Source: Flavobacteriales bacterium (GTDB taxonomy: Bacteria > Bacteroidota > Bacteroidia > Flavobacteriales_D > Sanyastnellaceae). Taken from it: a stretch of 64,000 bases of DNA. The DNA lies in contig DATCJY010000066.1 of NCBI GenBank assembly GCA_036562565.1, positions 10,317 through 74,316 on the forward strand. Reading direction: 5' to 3'. Within the stretch, counting starts at the first letter, position 1. Each line of letters starts with the position of its first letter. Both the position numbers and the translations under genes were made by a program. Under the pieces are notes generated by a model. That model saw nothing but the letters and a program-made list of their open reading frames with translations, was not told the origin of the DNA and did no database searches. Positions 1-9,404 of the stretch are shown in pieces.

Positions 1-317
1 ATGGAGGTGTTGGTGTTGCCAAACAATTTTGTCCACCAGGACAAGAGCACATTGTACACCAGTGAGTTTCCTCCATTTTGCACGGTAGCTTCCACTACAT
101 TGCTATAGGTCTTGAACTTACGGATATCCTGTCTTGTAAAGGATGAATCGATTTCAGTAAGGATTGTTATAGATCCATTACCACGCGCAGCAATACCATT
201 GGCAGTACATAACGTCACCGTTTCGTTTAAAGTCAATCCGTTCTTATCAATATCGTGAAGACGTATCAATGTGGCCAATGCCACCAACACTATAATGAAT
301 ACAGAAGTCTTTAACAC
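1..317 (-). CDS. Partial CDS (N-terminal part only, runs off window start): hypothetical membrane-anchored protein
   Basis: Hand translation of the minus strand from GTG at 317-315 gives MLKTSVFIIVLVALATLIRLHDIDKNGLTLNETV... It stays open to nt 1. An in-frame TAG lies directly upstream of the GTG. There is one N-terminal hydrophobic helix. It is absent from the ORF track because it is truncated. No family recognised. Confidence 0.4.
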   Translation of the reverse strand, partial: MLKTSVFIIVLVALATLIRLHDIDKNGLTLNETVTLCTANGIAARGNGSITILTEIDSSFTRQDIRKFKTYSNVVEATVQNGGNSLVYNVLLSWWTKLFGNTNTS

Positions 318-406
318 AATCTACCTCTATCGTTAATTTTTGAATTAGATCGGCTGCAAAATGTCTAAGCCGGAACGCGCGAAGGTACTACAAGTGCTCA
401 GATTGC

Positions 407-1114
407 CTATTTGCCCAATAGAAACATGGTTGGTTCCTTTGGCAAGGATGGTTGAAGCACAAGCCATTCCGCAATTGTTTTGGTCAAAATCATTTCAGCC
501 TGGGTGGAGATATTGCAAGCAATACACAATTTGGATTCGGTTCTGCAATGTTGCAGCAGGTCTTCAAGCACTTGCTGATTGCGGTACGGCACATCCATGA
601 ATATTTGTGTATGGCCCTTTGCTCCCAGACTATCAAGTTGTTTGATTTTGCGAATGCGCTCGCTTCTGTCGCGGGGCAAGTATCCATTGAAGGTAAACTC
701 TTGGCCATTCATACCACTGGCCATCAAAGCCATGAAAATGGATGAAGGACCGGAGAGTGGAACTACTTTAATTCCGTTTTCATGCGCCAGTGCGACCAGG
801 CTGCTTCCCGGATCGGCTACACAAGGCAAACCTGCTTCGCTAATAATAGCGGCATCGTGACCTGCCAACAAGGGTTTGAGCAGGGAGCCCATCTCATTGA
901 AACGCGTATGCTCATTGAGGAAATAAAAGTTTACTTCCTCAAACTCACGTTTCAACCCGAGTGCGCGCAACAACCTGCGCGCGCTCTTGATTTCTTCTAC
1001 CACAAAATGTTCGACCTTTTGAACGAGCTGTTTGCTCAATTCTGTAGCGAATGAATTCACTCCTCCCCCTAGGGAGTTAGGAATGAGATAAAGGGTACCT
1101 TTACGTGTAGCCAC
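407..1114 (-). CDS. SAM-dependent methyltransferase, tetrapyrrole-methylase fold (RsmI/YraL-like)
   Basis: 235 aa with a GTG start. The N-terminus GTLYLIPNSLG and the segments AIISEAGLPCVADPG and SGPSS resemble the RsmI-type family. Assigned from memory of motifs. Confidence 0.65.
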   Translation of the reverse strand: MATRKGTLYLIPNSLGGGVNSFATELSKQLVQKVEHFVVEEIKSARRLLRALGLKREFEEVNFYFLNEHTRFNEMGSLLKPLLAGHDAAIISEAGLPCVADPGSSLVALAHENGIKVVPLSGPSSIFMALMASGMNGQEFTFNGYLPRDRSERIRKIKQLDSLGAKGHTQIFMDVPYRNQQVLEDLLQHCRTESKLCIACNISTQAEMILTKTIAEWLVLQPSLPKEPTMFLLGK

Positions 1115-1196
1115 TGCTGCGCTGATTTATAATTGTGGCGCAATATCCAACCGTTACGCCTTCCAGCGACTCATTTTTTTTCTCAAACTTAGGGAT

Positions 1197-1541
1197 TTAT
1201 TCAGAACCCTTACTGTTGTTTTTTGATATGCGCACACTCTCTGCTGAGCGATAGCCATCACAACCTTGTTTGCTCTCAATAAATTTCAGAGATGATTGGA
1301 GTGCCTCTACGAATGCCTCAAAGTCTTCCTTGTAAAGAAAAATTTTATGTTTCTCGTACCGTGGTTCTTCATCATCATGACTTATGCGCTTGCTCTCGGT
1401 GATGGACAGAAAAAGGTCTTTACCCTTCGTTGCCTTTACATCGAAGAAATAGCTTCTTCGACCTGCCCTCACAACTAGCGAGGATAAGTCATTGGGTGTG
1501 TCGGTTTCCATGAGTTCTGGTAAATTCTCGGTTCTAATCAT
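1197..1541 (-). CDS. PUR-alpha-like nucleic-acid-binding protein (DUF3276 family)
   Basis: The core VVRAGRRSYFFDVKATKGKDLFLSITESKR...YEKHKIFLYKEDFEAFVEAL matches the Bacteroidota DUF3276/PUR repeat as I remember it. I moved the start to the internal ATG (MIRTEN...) at 1541. The track start at 1613 adds an implausible hydrophobic extension. Confidence 0.7.
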   Translation of the reverse strand: MIRTENLPELMETDTPNDLSSLVVRAGRRSYFFDVKATKGKDLFLSITESKRISHDDEEPRYEKHKIFLYKEDFEAFVEALQSSLKFIESKQGCDGYRSAESVRISKNNSKGSE

Positions 1542-1738
1542 TGATTTAATATGGTTTAGTGTAACAACTTCAAAAGTTACCCCGCAAATGTATAGAAATT
1601 CGAACCGCCACAATCAATAGAGTTTTGAGCATATCCTTTGATTTCAATTGTTAGTTTTCGAAGATTTTGGCAGGAATGTTGGAATGCCCTAAAACGAACA
1701 ACTTATTTTTGCATCAACTTAATATTTAAAAACCAATT

Positions 1739-2875
1739 ATGAAAAAAGCAGTTTCTGTAGTTCTTTTTGCTTCATTGGTCGTGAGTGGGATAGCACAAGC
1801 CGATGTCACTTCCGCTTTCAACGCCAATAAGGCTAACGATTACGACAAAGCAGTGATGTATATCGAAAAAGCCCTCAATGACCCAAAGGCAACTTCCAAA
1901 GAGAAAACATGGAGATATAGAGGGAATATTTACAGCAATATTTTGATGAATGAAGAATATGCTACCAAATATCCCGATGCAGCTAAGTTGGCTACCGAAT
2001 CTTACTTCAAAGCAATGGAGTTGGATAAGTCCAATGATTATATCAACGAAAACCGTTTGGCTTTGGCAAACATTCAAGCCAAGGTATTAGAAACTGCTGC
2101 TAAGCAATATGAAAATGCTGATTACTGTGGAGCTGCAGAAAGTTTCCTTTCAGCAGGCGAAATCAGCAAAAAATTCGGTATTGTGGATTCAGCGTCCATT
2201 TTCAACAATGCTTATTGCAACGACCGCTGTGGCAAATCAGATCTCGCTATCGAAGGTTATAAGAAAAGTGCCGAAATCGGATATAATGTTCCGGAAGTTT
2301 ACATCTACATGGCTGATATCTATGTGAAAGAAGAAAAACTTGATGAAGCCAAAAAGATTATCTCCGAAGCGCGTGCCAAGTACCCTAACAATGCAGACTT
2401 GCTCCGCTCTGAAGTGAACTTCCTGTTGAACGACAAAAAATATGATGAAGCACTTGAGTTGCTCAAATCATTGGCTGCCAAAGACGAAAACAATGCTACC
2501 ATCTGGTTTGTATTGGGCGCCACTCATGAAAAGCTAGGTAATATGGATGAACAAGAAAAGGCATACAAAAAGGCTATCGAAATTGATAGCAAACACTATG
2601 ATGCACTTTTCAACTTGGGAGCTACTTATTACAACCGCGGTATCGAAAAATTGAAAGAATGCGACAAAATCCCTGCTCGCGAGAAAGCTCAATACAACGA
2701 TTGTACTGCTCAGAGCGAAGTATTCTTCAATAAATCAGTTGAAAACCTCGAAAAGGCATACAACATCCGACCACAAGACAAAGACATCATCTCTGCTTTG
2801 ATGGAAGCATACGCTCGCGTAGGCAACTTCGAAGGCAACAAAAAGATGCGTGCTGAGTTGGAGAAAATGAAATAA
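1739..2875 (+). CDS. Secreted tetratricopeptide (TPR) repeat protein
   Basis: 378 aa. Signal peptide MKKAVSVVLFASLVVSGIAQA. Repeated A/Y/L-rich 34-residue TPR-like units (e.g. AKKIISEARAKYPNNADLL, EKAYKKAIEIDSKHYDALFNLGATYY). Confidence 0.75.
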   Translation: MKKAVSVVLFASLVVSGIAQADVTSAFNANKANDYDKAVMYIEKALNDPKATSKEKTWRYRGNIYSNILMNEEYATKYPDAAKLATESYFKAMELDKSNDYINENRLALANIQAKVLETAAKQYENADYCGAAESFLSAGEISKKFGIVDSASIFNNAYCNDRCGKSDLAIEGYKKSAEIGYNVPEVYIYMADIYVKEEKLDEAKKIISEARAKYPNNADLLRSEVNFLLNDKKYDEALELLKSLAAKDENNATIWFVLGATHEKLGNMDEQEKAYKKAIEIDSKHYDALFNLGATYYNRGIEKLKECDKIPAREKAQYNDCTAQSEVFFNKSVENLEKAYNIRPQDKDIISALMEAYARVGNFEGNKKMRAELEKMK

Positions 2876-2907
2876 TCCGACTTAACTGTATTAAACACAA
2901 TAAAAAA

Positions 2908-2930
2908 GGGGAACAATTGTTCCCCTTTTT
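2908..2930 (+). terminator. Rho-independent terminator after the TPR gene
   Basis: GGGGAAC-AATT-GTTCCCC is a perfect 7-bp stem. It is followed by TTTTT and preceded by an A-run. Confidence 0.8.
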
Positions 2931-3126
2931 CTATTACTAGACCGATTGCTGATTTTTTATCTCTGTTAGCAACTAACTTTGGGCGCAGCATCCTGTAGTT
3001 ATAATTAACACACAGGTGCAACTATTGTTGTAATATTAATGGTCTAAGCTCAGGTAATCATTCACCACTGATTACATGCGTTGCATTTAATTACTGCAAG
3101 AAAATTTGAATTAAGTCGTTTTACGT

Positions 3127-6100
3127 ATGAAAGGTCGATTAGGGGGGAAGAAGTTTGGAATAATTCAAATTTTTAAATCCGCTTTCTTTACAATACTGTC
3201 TGTCATGCTGGTGCCCATGGTGTTGGCTCAAACACCTGCCCAACATGGTATGACTAAATCTTCCGGAAACTTCAAGACATTCTCCGGTAATATAAATACA
3301 TTTGACACCGAAACTTGGATGAGTTTGAATGATGAGCTGTATCATGACCATCCTGAGTTTGGTATCAAACCCAAATATGCCCCAACGGAAGACTTGGTGG
3401 AAGTACTCGCCATGCGCACAGCCAACGAGCGCTATTTCGTCAACCCGAATAATCCTTCGGAGTTCTTCAAACAAACCAGCCATGGTGATTTGCATTATAT
3501 GTCAGGAGGCCGATGGCTGACCATCGATCCCAGTCTCTCTCCTCTCTCAGAACATCATTACGCAGCTACTTCACAACCGGAGCCTGTAGGCATTCACACG
3601 CAGCAACAACTCTCGTATATCGAAACCGTCAACGGCAGAGTTGAATTCAATAAATGGGAGCTTTATGGTATCAACCAAAACACTTCCACACTTCTGAGTG
3701 TGGCTGACTGGTCCAACTATACTGCTGGTGACGATGGTGTTTACATCCACAACATCTTTGAAGGTATCGACCTAAAGATGCGCGTACTACAAGGCGCTAT
3801 TAAGTCCGAATTCATTGTTAGAGCATTCCCCTATGGTGAGTACCAATTTGTCCAGTTCAGAGACCGCTTTTCATCACCGTTAAAATCTCTGATGATTGAC
3901 ACAGCTCACGATTCTGTAAATGTTATTGATGAGCACGGAAAGCCTCTCGTAAACATTGGAGATGCCATTGTTTATCCTCAAAGCGCAAAACGCGAAGAGA
4001 TGTTCATTGCTCCTTATGCCATTCTAAAGAACCAACTCAACATCAACGTACCATATCAATGGCTCAAGGAAAAGCTGGCCACTGATGTGGTGATCATTGA
4101 CCCATTGGTATCTTCAAACAATACCATGGGTGTTTCCGCAATTACCGGTTCACAATACAACGCGAGTTGCAATTTCGTTAACTCCTGTAACTACAACATG
4201 ACAGTGAACACACCGGCAGATGCGACCATCACGGATATCCTTTTTAGTTTTGCGTATGAAGCTATTGGCATGTGCTGGTTAGAAGACGGTGCTATGCGCT
4301 ACGCATTCAATAGCTGCGTGAGCCCGAACGGAAGTACTACCTGGACCTGTGATGATTGGGGGCCAGGTACTTGTACCGGAGTTAACATCAGCTTGGCCTC
4401 TCACTTTTCAACGTGTATGAATGCGCTCACTCCGAGCTGTTCTCCCCAACCGTTGAATTTTGAAATGCGATTCTACCGGACTTGTTACGGTGATCCCGGT
4501 TGTAATGGCAGTTGCATCCGCGCCTATCAACCGTGGATTATGACCGTTAGAGGTTACACCGTTCAATTCACATCCACCAACCCAACGCAACAAATTACGC
4601 TTTCATCTACCAACGTGTGTCCAGGGGCTTCGGTAACAGCTACGGCCAATATTCAATACGGTGTTCCACCATATAACATCAACTGGAGTCTCAACAGCTC
4701 CGGTACACCATCTATTGGAAGCGGCACTACAATAACTACTTCGTTTGAAAATCCGGGAGTCAGCACTATTTATTGTTTCATAACGGATGCTTGTGGCAAC
4801 TCCATCAGCTCCAACAGAAACATAACCGTTACCAATCCATCTGCCGGACCAAATGTTACATCTCCGGTAAACTATTGTATCAATGCCACAGCCACAGCAT
4901 TAACGGCTTCAGGTAGTGGACTCAAATGGTATGATGTTGCCACCGGAGGTACTGAGTTGGGTGCTGCTCCTGTCCCAAATACCAGCACAACGGGGACCAC
5001 TTCCTACTGGGTATCACAAACTGTTGGTGGCTGTGAAAGTCAACGTTCTCAAATTGATGTGGTGGTGCATCCTTCGCCCACCGTTACCGGCACTCCTACC
5101 ATCACACCAAGCGAGTGCAATGGTTCAACAGGAAGCATCAGCGGACTCACTACCAATGCCACCGGTACTATTACCTATACATGGTATAACGCATCCGGAA
5201 CCGTTGTGAGCACATCTACCACCTCCTCTACTTTGAGCAACCAACCGGCAGGCGAATACAGCCTCACCATTACGGATGGTTATGGTTGCCAAGGCACACA
5301 AAGTGGCTACATCATCCCAGTAGAGGCGGCACCTGCTCCTCCCGTTGTAGCTTCTCCGGTACACTATTGCCAACTGGATGAAACAACACCACTGACTGCA
5401 ACCGGCTCATCATTGACGTGGTATGCTAGCGCGAGTCTCACAGATGGTTCTTCCACACCTCCCACACCTTCTTCAAACGCTGCGGGAACCACCACTTATT
5501 ATGTCACACAAACGATAAATGGTTGTGAAAGCTCTGCGGCTACCATAACAGTAAACGTAACAGCCAAACCTTCACCTCCTACTGTTACTTCTCCCCTCAT
5601 GTATTGCCAAGCTGACACTCCGGCTCCTCTTGAGGCCAACGGAACGGACTTGTTGTGGTACAGTACACCAACAGGAGGGACAGGCAGCCCAACGGCTCCT
5701 GTACTTTCTACCAGCAACTATGGCACGCAATACATTTATGTATCGCAATCCATCAATGGATGTGAAAGCGAGCGCGCTGTTATTGAAGCCGAAATCATAG
5801 CGTTGCCGACTTTCACGGGCAATTTACAGGTAACTCCATCGGCCTGTGGACAAGCTACCGGTTCTATATCCGGAGTGTTTGCCGAACCGGGGAACTCTCA
5901 GCTACTCAATTTCCAATGGCATAATGAAAACGGTGATTGGGTTGCCGGCTCACTTAGTTTGATCAATCAACCATCAGGCTATTACACGTTGACGGCTATT
6001 GGTCAGAACAATTGCTCGGCTAGCTACGGACCGGTATTTATCCCTTTGACGGCAATACCGGCCGGCCCGCTTGCTCCTAGCCCTGTGGAATATTGCCAAG

Positions 6101-7080
6101 GTTATACCGCCATTCCGCTTACAGCCAATGGCACCGACTTGCTCTGGTACACCACAGAATCAGGTGGTACACCATCCACTACTGCACCTATTCCTTCTAC
6201 TGATACAGTGGGAAGCACGACTTACTATGTAAGCCAAACCGTTGATGGCTGTGAAAGCGAACGCACTGAAATTGTAGTGAACGTATTGGATGCCCCCGGT
6301 GCCGAATTCCACACAAACGGCCAAACCGGTTGTAGCCCGTTCTGCGCAGCATTTGAAAACTTGAGCACACCTACCGGTGCACCTTTGGTAGCTTATGAAT
6401 GGAAAGCAAACGGCTCCATCTTTTCCAATGATGTGAATCCTACTCATTGTTTCCCGGCCGGCACATATACCATCGAGCTCAAAATAAGAGATGCTGTTGG
6501 ATGTACGAAAACCGTTTCAAAGACGGATTACATAACGGTGCTTCCAGCGACTATTTCTGAATTCACTGCAGATAAATATGAAGCCCCGGAGGACAATTCT
6601 ACCATTCATTTCAAGACAGTCAACCCAAGGCCAAATGAAACAGTAGAATGGAATTTCGGTGATGGCAATACAGCCACAGGATATTTGGCTAGCAATACCT
6701 TCCCCGGGCCTGGACAATACTGCGTAACACACACGGTGAGTAGTAGCTACGGATGTTCTGACCGCAGTGAAAAATGTGTGATTATCACTTCCCAATTCAA
6801 TTTGTATATCCCCAACAGCTTCACACCGGACGGTGACGGAATCAATGACGTTTGGAGACCCGTTATACGCGGTAAGTTCACCAAATACTCTTTACAGATA
6901 TACAACCGATGGGGTGAGCGCGTGTTTTTCACCGACAATCCGGAAATACCATGGATTGGTGAAGTCCAAGACGGTGATTACTACTTCACATCGGATGGCA
7001 TGTATCATTACATCCTTTTGATTGAAGATGAATTGGCTATGCCCAAAGAATACCGAGGACACATCTACCTGCTGCGCTGA
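3127..7080 (+). CDS. Large modular cell-surface protein (adhesin-like): Ig-like/CHU-type repeats, PKD domains and a type B T9SS C-terminal domain (gliding-motility-associated CTD)
   Basis: 1317 aa with an N-terminal signal/anchor. It has four approximately 75-aa modules and two SprB-like modules. Two PKD-like segments are present (WKANGS..., WNFGDGNTATG). The C-terminus YIPNSFTPDGDGINDVWRP...IYNRWGERVF...GHIYLLR is typical of the CHU_C / type B T9SS sorting domain. Confidence 0.85.
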   Translation: MKGRLGGKKFGIIQIFKSAFFTILSVMLVPMVLAQTPAQHGMTKSSGNFKTFSGNINTFDTETWMSLNDELYHDHPEFGIKPKYAPTEDLVEVLAMRTANERYFVNPNNPSEFFKQTSHGDLHYMSGGRWLTIDPSLSPLSEHHYAATSQPEPVGIHTQQQLSYIETVNGRVEFNKWELYGINQNTSTLLSVADWSNYTAGDDGVYIHNIFEGIDLKMRVLQGAIKSEFIVRAFPYGEYQFVQFRDRFSSPLKSLMIDTAHDSVNVIDEHGKPLVNIGDAIVYPQSAKREEMFIAPYAILKNQLNINVPYQWLKEKLATDVVIIDPLVSSNNTMGVSAITGSQYNASCNFVNSCNYNMTVNTPADATITDILFSFAYEAIGMCWLEDGAMRYAFNSCVSPNGSTTWTCDDWGPGTCTGVNISLASHFSTCMNALTPSCSPQPLNFEMRFYRTCYGDPGCNGSCIRAYQPWIMTVRGYTVQFTSTNPTQQITLSSTNVCPGASVTATANIQYGVPPYNINWSLNSSGTPSIGSGTTITTSFENPGVSTIYCFITDACGNSISSNRNITVTNPSAGPNVTSPVNYCINATATALTASGSGLKWYDVATGGTELGAAPVPNTSTTGTTSYWVSQTVGGCESQRSQIDVVVHPSPTVTGTPTITPSECNGSTGSISGLTTNATGTITYTWYNASGTVVSTSTTSSTLSNQPAGEYSLTITDGYGCQGTQSGYIIPVEAAPAPPVVASPVHYCQLDETTPLTATGSSLTWYASASLTDGSSTPPTPSSNAAGTTTYYVTQTINGCESSAATITVNVTAKPSPPTVTSPLMYCQADTPAPLEANGTDLLWYSTPTGGTGSPTAPVLSTSNYGTQYIYVSQSINGCESERAVIEAEIIALPTFTGNLQVTPSACGQATGSISGVFAEPGNSQLLNFQWHNENGDWVAGSLSLINQPSGYYTLTAIGQNNCSASYGPVFIPLTAIPAGPLAPSPVEYCQGYTAIPLTANGTDLLWYTTESGGTPSTTAPIPSTDTVGSTTYYVSQTVDGCESERTEIVVNVLDAPGAEFHTNGQTGCSPFCAAFENLSTPTGAPLVAYEWKANGSIFSNDVNPTHCFPAGTYTIELKIRDAVGCTKTVSKTDYITVLPATISEFTADKYEAPEDNSTIHFKTVNPRPNETVEWNFGDGNTATGYLASNTFPGPGQYCVTHTVSSSYGCSDRSEKCVIITSQFNLYIPNSFTPDGDGINDVWRPVIRGKFTKYSLQIYNRWGERVFFTDNPEIPWIGEVQDGDYYFTSDGMYHYILLIEDELAMPKEYRGHIYLLR
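4855..6294 (+). repeat. In-frame tandem protein-module repeats inside the adhesin gene
   Basis: Four copies of the pattern SP[VL]xYC....PL.A.G..L.WY...(S/T-rich)...YYVSQT.(N/D)GCES.R..I.V.V lie at nt 4855-5076, 5344-5571, 5581-5805 and 6070-6294. Two TPS.CG..TGSISG modules are interleaved at about 5077-5325 and 5806-6051. Confidence 0.85.
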
Positions 7081-7124
7081 TATTGAATAGCTAACAATTT
7101 TTTTCATTAGCACCATCGCAATAA

Positions 7125-7166
7125 AACAATGCCCATCTCGTATCCGAGTACAGGATGGGCATTGTT
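7125..7166 (+). terminator. Strong hairpin downstream of the adhesin gene (terminator-like, no clear U-tract)
   Basis: AACAATGCCCATC (7125-7137) pairs perfectly with GATGGGCATTGTT (7154-7166), with a 16-nt loop. Confidence 0.5.
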
Positions 7167-7386
7167 CATTACTTGTGGATTGTTAACAGGCTCAAAATCA
7201 CAAGATGTTCAAAAAATACCTACAGCAAAACCGTCCAAACCCGCTGTGGGGGCTAAATTCGCGCGTGTTTTGCATCGTTGCGCCCACTATTCAAATCTTA
7301 CATTTCGTATAGTTTGTACACCAGGGCTGTAGAGTCCCAACTGCGGATGCAATTCAACTTTATTACCTGCAAATTTTAGAATCTTC

Positions 7387-9267
7387 ATGGCAGAACAAGT
7401 TCAGTATACAGAAGACAATATCCGCTCACTGGAGTGGAACGAACACATACGCATTCGTCCGGGTATGTACATCGGTAAACTGGGAGATGGCTCCTCTGCC
7501 GATGACGGTATCTATGTCCTTCTCAAAGAAATCATCGACAACTCCATTGACGAGTTTGTGATGGGACATGGAAAAACCATTGACATCACCATCAAAGACG
7601 GAGCAGTAACCGTGCGTGACTACGGACGCGGTATTCCGCTCGGAAAAATGGTAGATGCCGTCTCAAAAATGAATACCGGTGGTAAGTATGACTCACGCGC
7701 ATTCAAAAAGTCGGTTGGTTTGAACGGTGTGGGTACCAAAGCGGTAAACGCATTGAGCAGCTTCTTCCGTGTTGAAAGTGTTCGCGATGGTGAAAGCAAA
7801 TCGGCAGAGTTCTCAAAAGGTAATTTGCTCAAAGAAAACGCCATCACAAAAACCGATGCCAAGAATGGTACGACCACGCATTTTGTACCTGACCCAACCA
7901 TCTTCCTCAACTACCAATTCCGCGCGCAATACGTGGAAAAACTTCTTTGGAACTATGCATACCTCAATGCAGGATTGACCATTGTATTCAATGGTCAGCG
8001 TTTTAAGAGCGAGAATGGTTTGCGTGACTTGCTTGCAGCCAACATCGGTGAAGAGCAATTGTATCCAACGGTTCATCTCCGCGGTGAAGACATCGAAGTG
8101 GCCATCACTCACACCAACAGCTATGGCGAAGATTATTACAGCTTCGTAAACGGACAGTACACCACCCAAGGTGGTACACACCAGGCTGCATTCCGCGAGG
8201 CTTACGTGAAAGTAATTCGCGACTTCTTCGGAAAAGATTATGAGGCCGTGGATATCCGTTCCGGTATCACCGCAGCCATAGCCGTGAAAGTCATTGAGCC
8301 CGTTTTCGAATCTCAGACCAAAACAAAATTGGGCTCCAATGAGATTGAACCAAACGGCAAGAGCATGAAGGCATTCGTATTGGAATTCCTTCAGAAAGAG
8401 CTCGACAACTTTTTGCACAAGAATCCCGAAGTTGCCCAAAGCCTTCAGAAAAAAATTCTTCAAAGCGAACGCGAGAGAAAAGAACTATCGGGCATTGCAA
8501 AACTTGCACGCGAACGCGCCAAGAAGGCCAATCTTCACAACAAAAAACTTCGCGACTGCAAAGTTCATTACTGTGACAAACACGATCGCGCTGCAGAGAC
8601 CACCCTCTTCATTACCGAGGGGGATAGTGCAAGCGGTAGCATCACTATCAGTCGCGATGTGGCCACACAAGCCGTATTCAGCTTGCGAGGTAAACCACTC
8701 AACACCTATGGCATGACCAAGAAAGTGGTTTATGAGAACGAAGAGTTCAACTTGCTACAAGCCGCATTGGACATTGAAGATGGTCTCGATTCGTTGCGCT
8801 ACAACAAAGTCGTTATCGCAACCGATGCCGATGTGGACGGTATGCACATCCGACTCCTTATGATAACCTTCTTCCTGCAGTTCTTCCCGGATTTGGTGAG
8901 ACACGGACACTTGTATGTCCTTTCAACACCCTTGTTCCGCGTGCGCAACAAGAAGGAGACAATCTATTGCTATAGCGAACAAGAACGTATTGACGCCATT
9001 GCGAAACTTGGCAACAAACCTGAGATTACACGATTCAAAGGTCTTGGTGAAATATCTCCTGAGGAATTCAAAAAATTCATCGGACCGGATATCCGTCTGG
9101 AGCCCGTTGTTATCGGTAAGGACTCTCACCTAAAAGATTTGCTCGAGTTCTACATGGGTAAGAACACGCCCACAAGACAAGAGTTCATCATCAAAAACCT
9201 GAAGGTGGAGAAAGATGAAATCCTAGAAAAAGAGAATGTGAAGACGGTTGCAGAAACTGTGGAATAA
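7387..9267 (+). CDS. parE: Type IIA DNA topoisomerase subunit B, most likely topoisomerase IV ParE
   Basis: Motifs seen: [45 protein letters not shown], Toprim EGDSA and DADVDGMHI. The 626-aa length and N-terminal motif fit Bacteroidota ParE better than GyrB. A subunit A gene follows directly. Confidence 0.75.
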   Translation: MAEQVQYTEDNIRSLEWNEHIRIRPGMYIGKLGDGSSADDGIYVLLKEIIDNSIDEFVMGHGKTIDITIKDGAVTVRDYGRGIPLGKMVDAVSKMNTGGKYDSRAFKKSVGLNGVGTKAVNALSSFFRVESVRDGESKSAEFSKGNLLKENAITKTDAKNGTTTHFVPDPTIFLNYQFRAQYVEKLLWNYAYLNAGLTIVFNGQRFKSENGLRDLLAANIGEEQLYPTVHLRGEDIEVAITHTNSYGEDYYSFVNGQYTTQGGTHQAAFREAYVKVIRDFFGKDYEAVDIRSGITAAIAVKVIEPVFESQTKTKLGSNEIEPNGKSMKAFVLEFLQKELDNFLHKNPEVAQSLQKKILQSERERKELSGIAKLARERAKKANLHNKKLRDCKVHYCDKHDRAAETTLFITEGDSASGSITISRDVATQAVFSLRGKPLNTYGMTKKVVYENEEFNLLQAALDIEDGLDSLRYNKVVIATDADVDGMHIRLLMITFFLQFFPDLVRHGHLYVLSTPLFRVRNKKETIYCYSEQERIDAIAKLGNKPEITRFKGLGEISPEEFKKFIGPDIRLEPVVIGKDSHLKDLLEFYMGKNTPTRQEFIIKNLKVEKDEILEKENVKTVAETVE

Positions 9268-9404
9268 CCCATCTACTTCAACTCTGTTATGGATTTCGGA
9301 TGGAGAAGATTCCTATTTGAATAATGAACTAACTATTGATTGTTACATAACAGGATAACAACAGCTTGAACAAGCGATGAGCTTATCCCGTGACATTTTA
9401 GAAA

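Noticed and set aside
7129-7332. A 67-aa ORF in the adhesin/parE intergenic region.
   Set aside because: It starts inside the 13-bp terminator-like hairpin. It has no family resemblance and an implausible composition. It is more likely non-coding promoter and terminator DNA.
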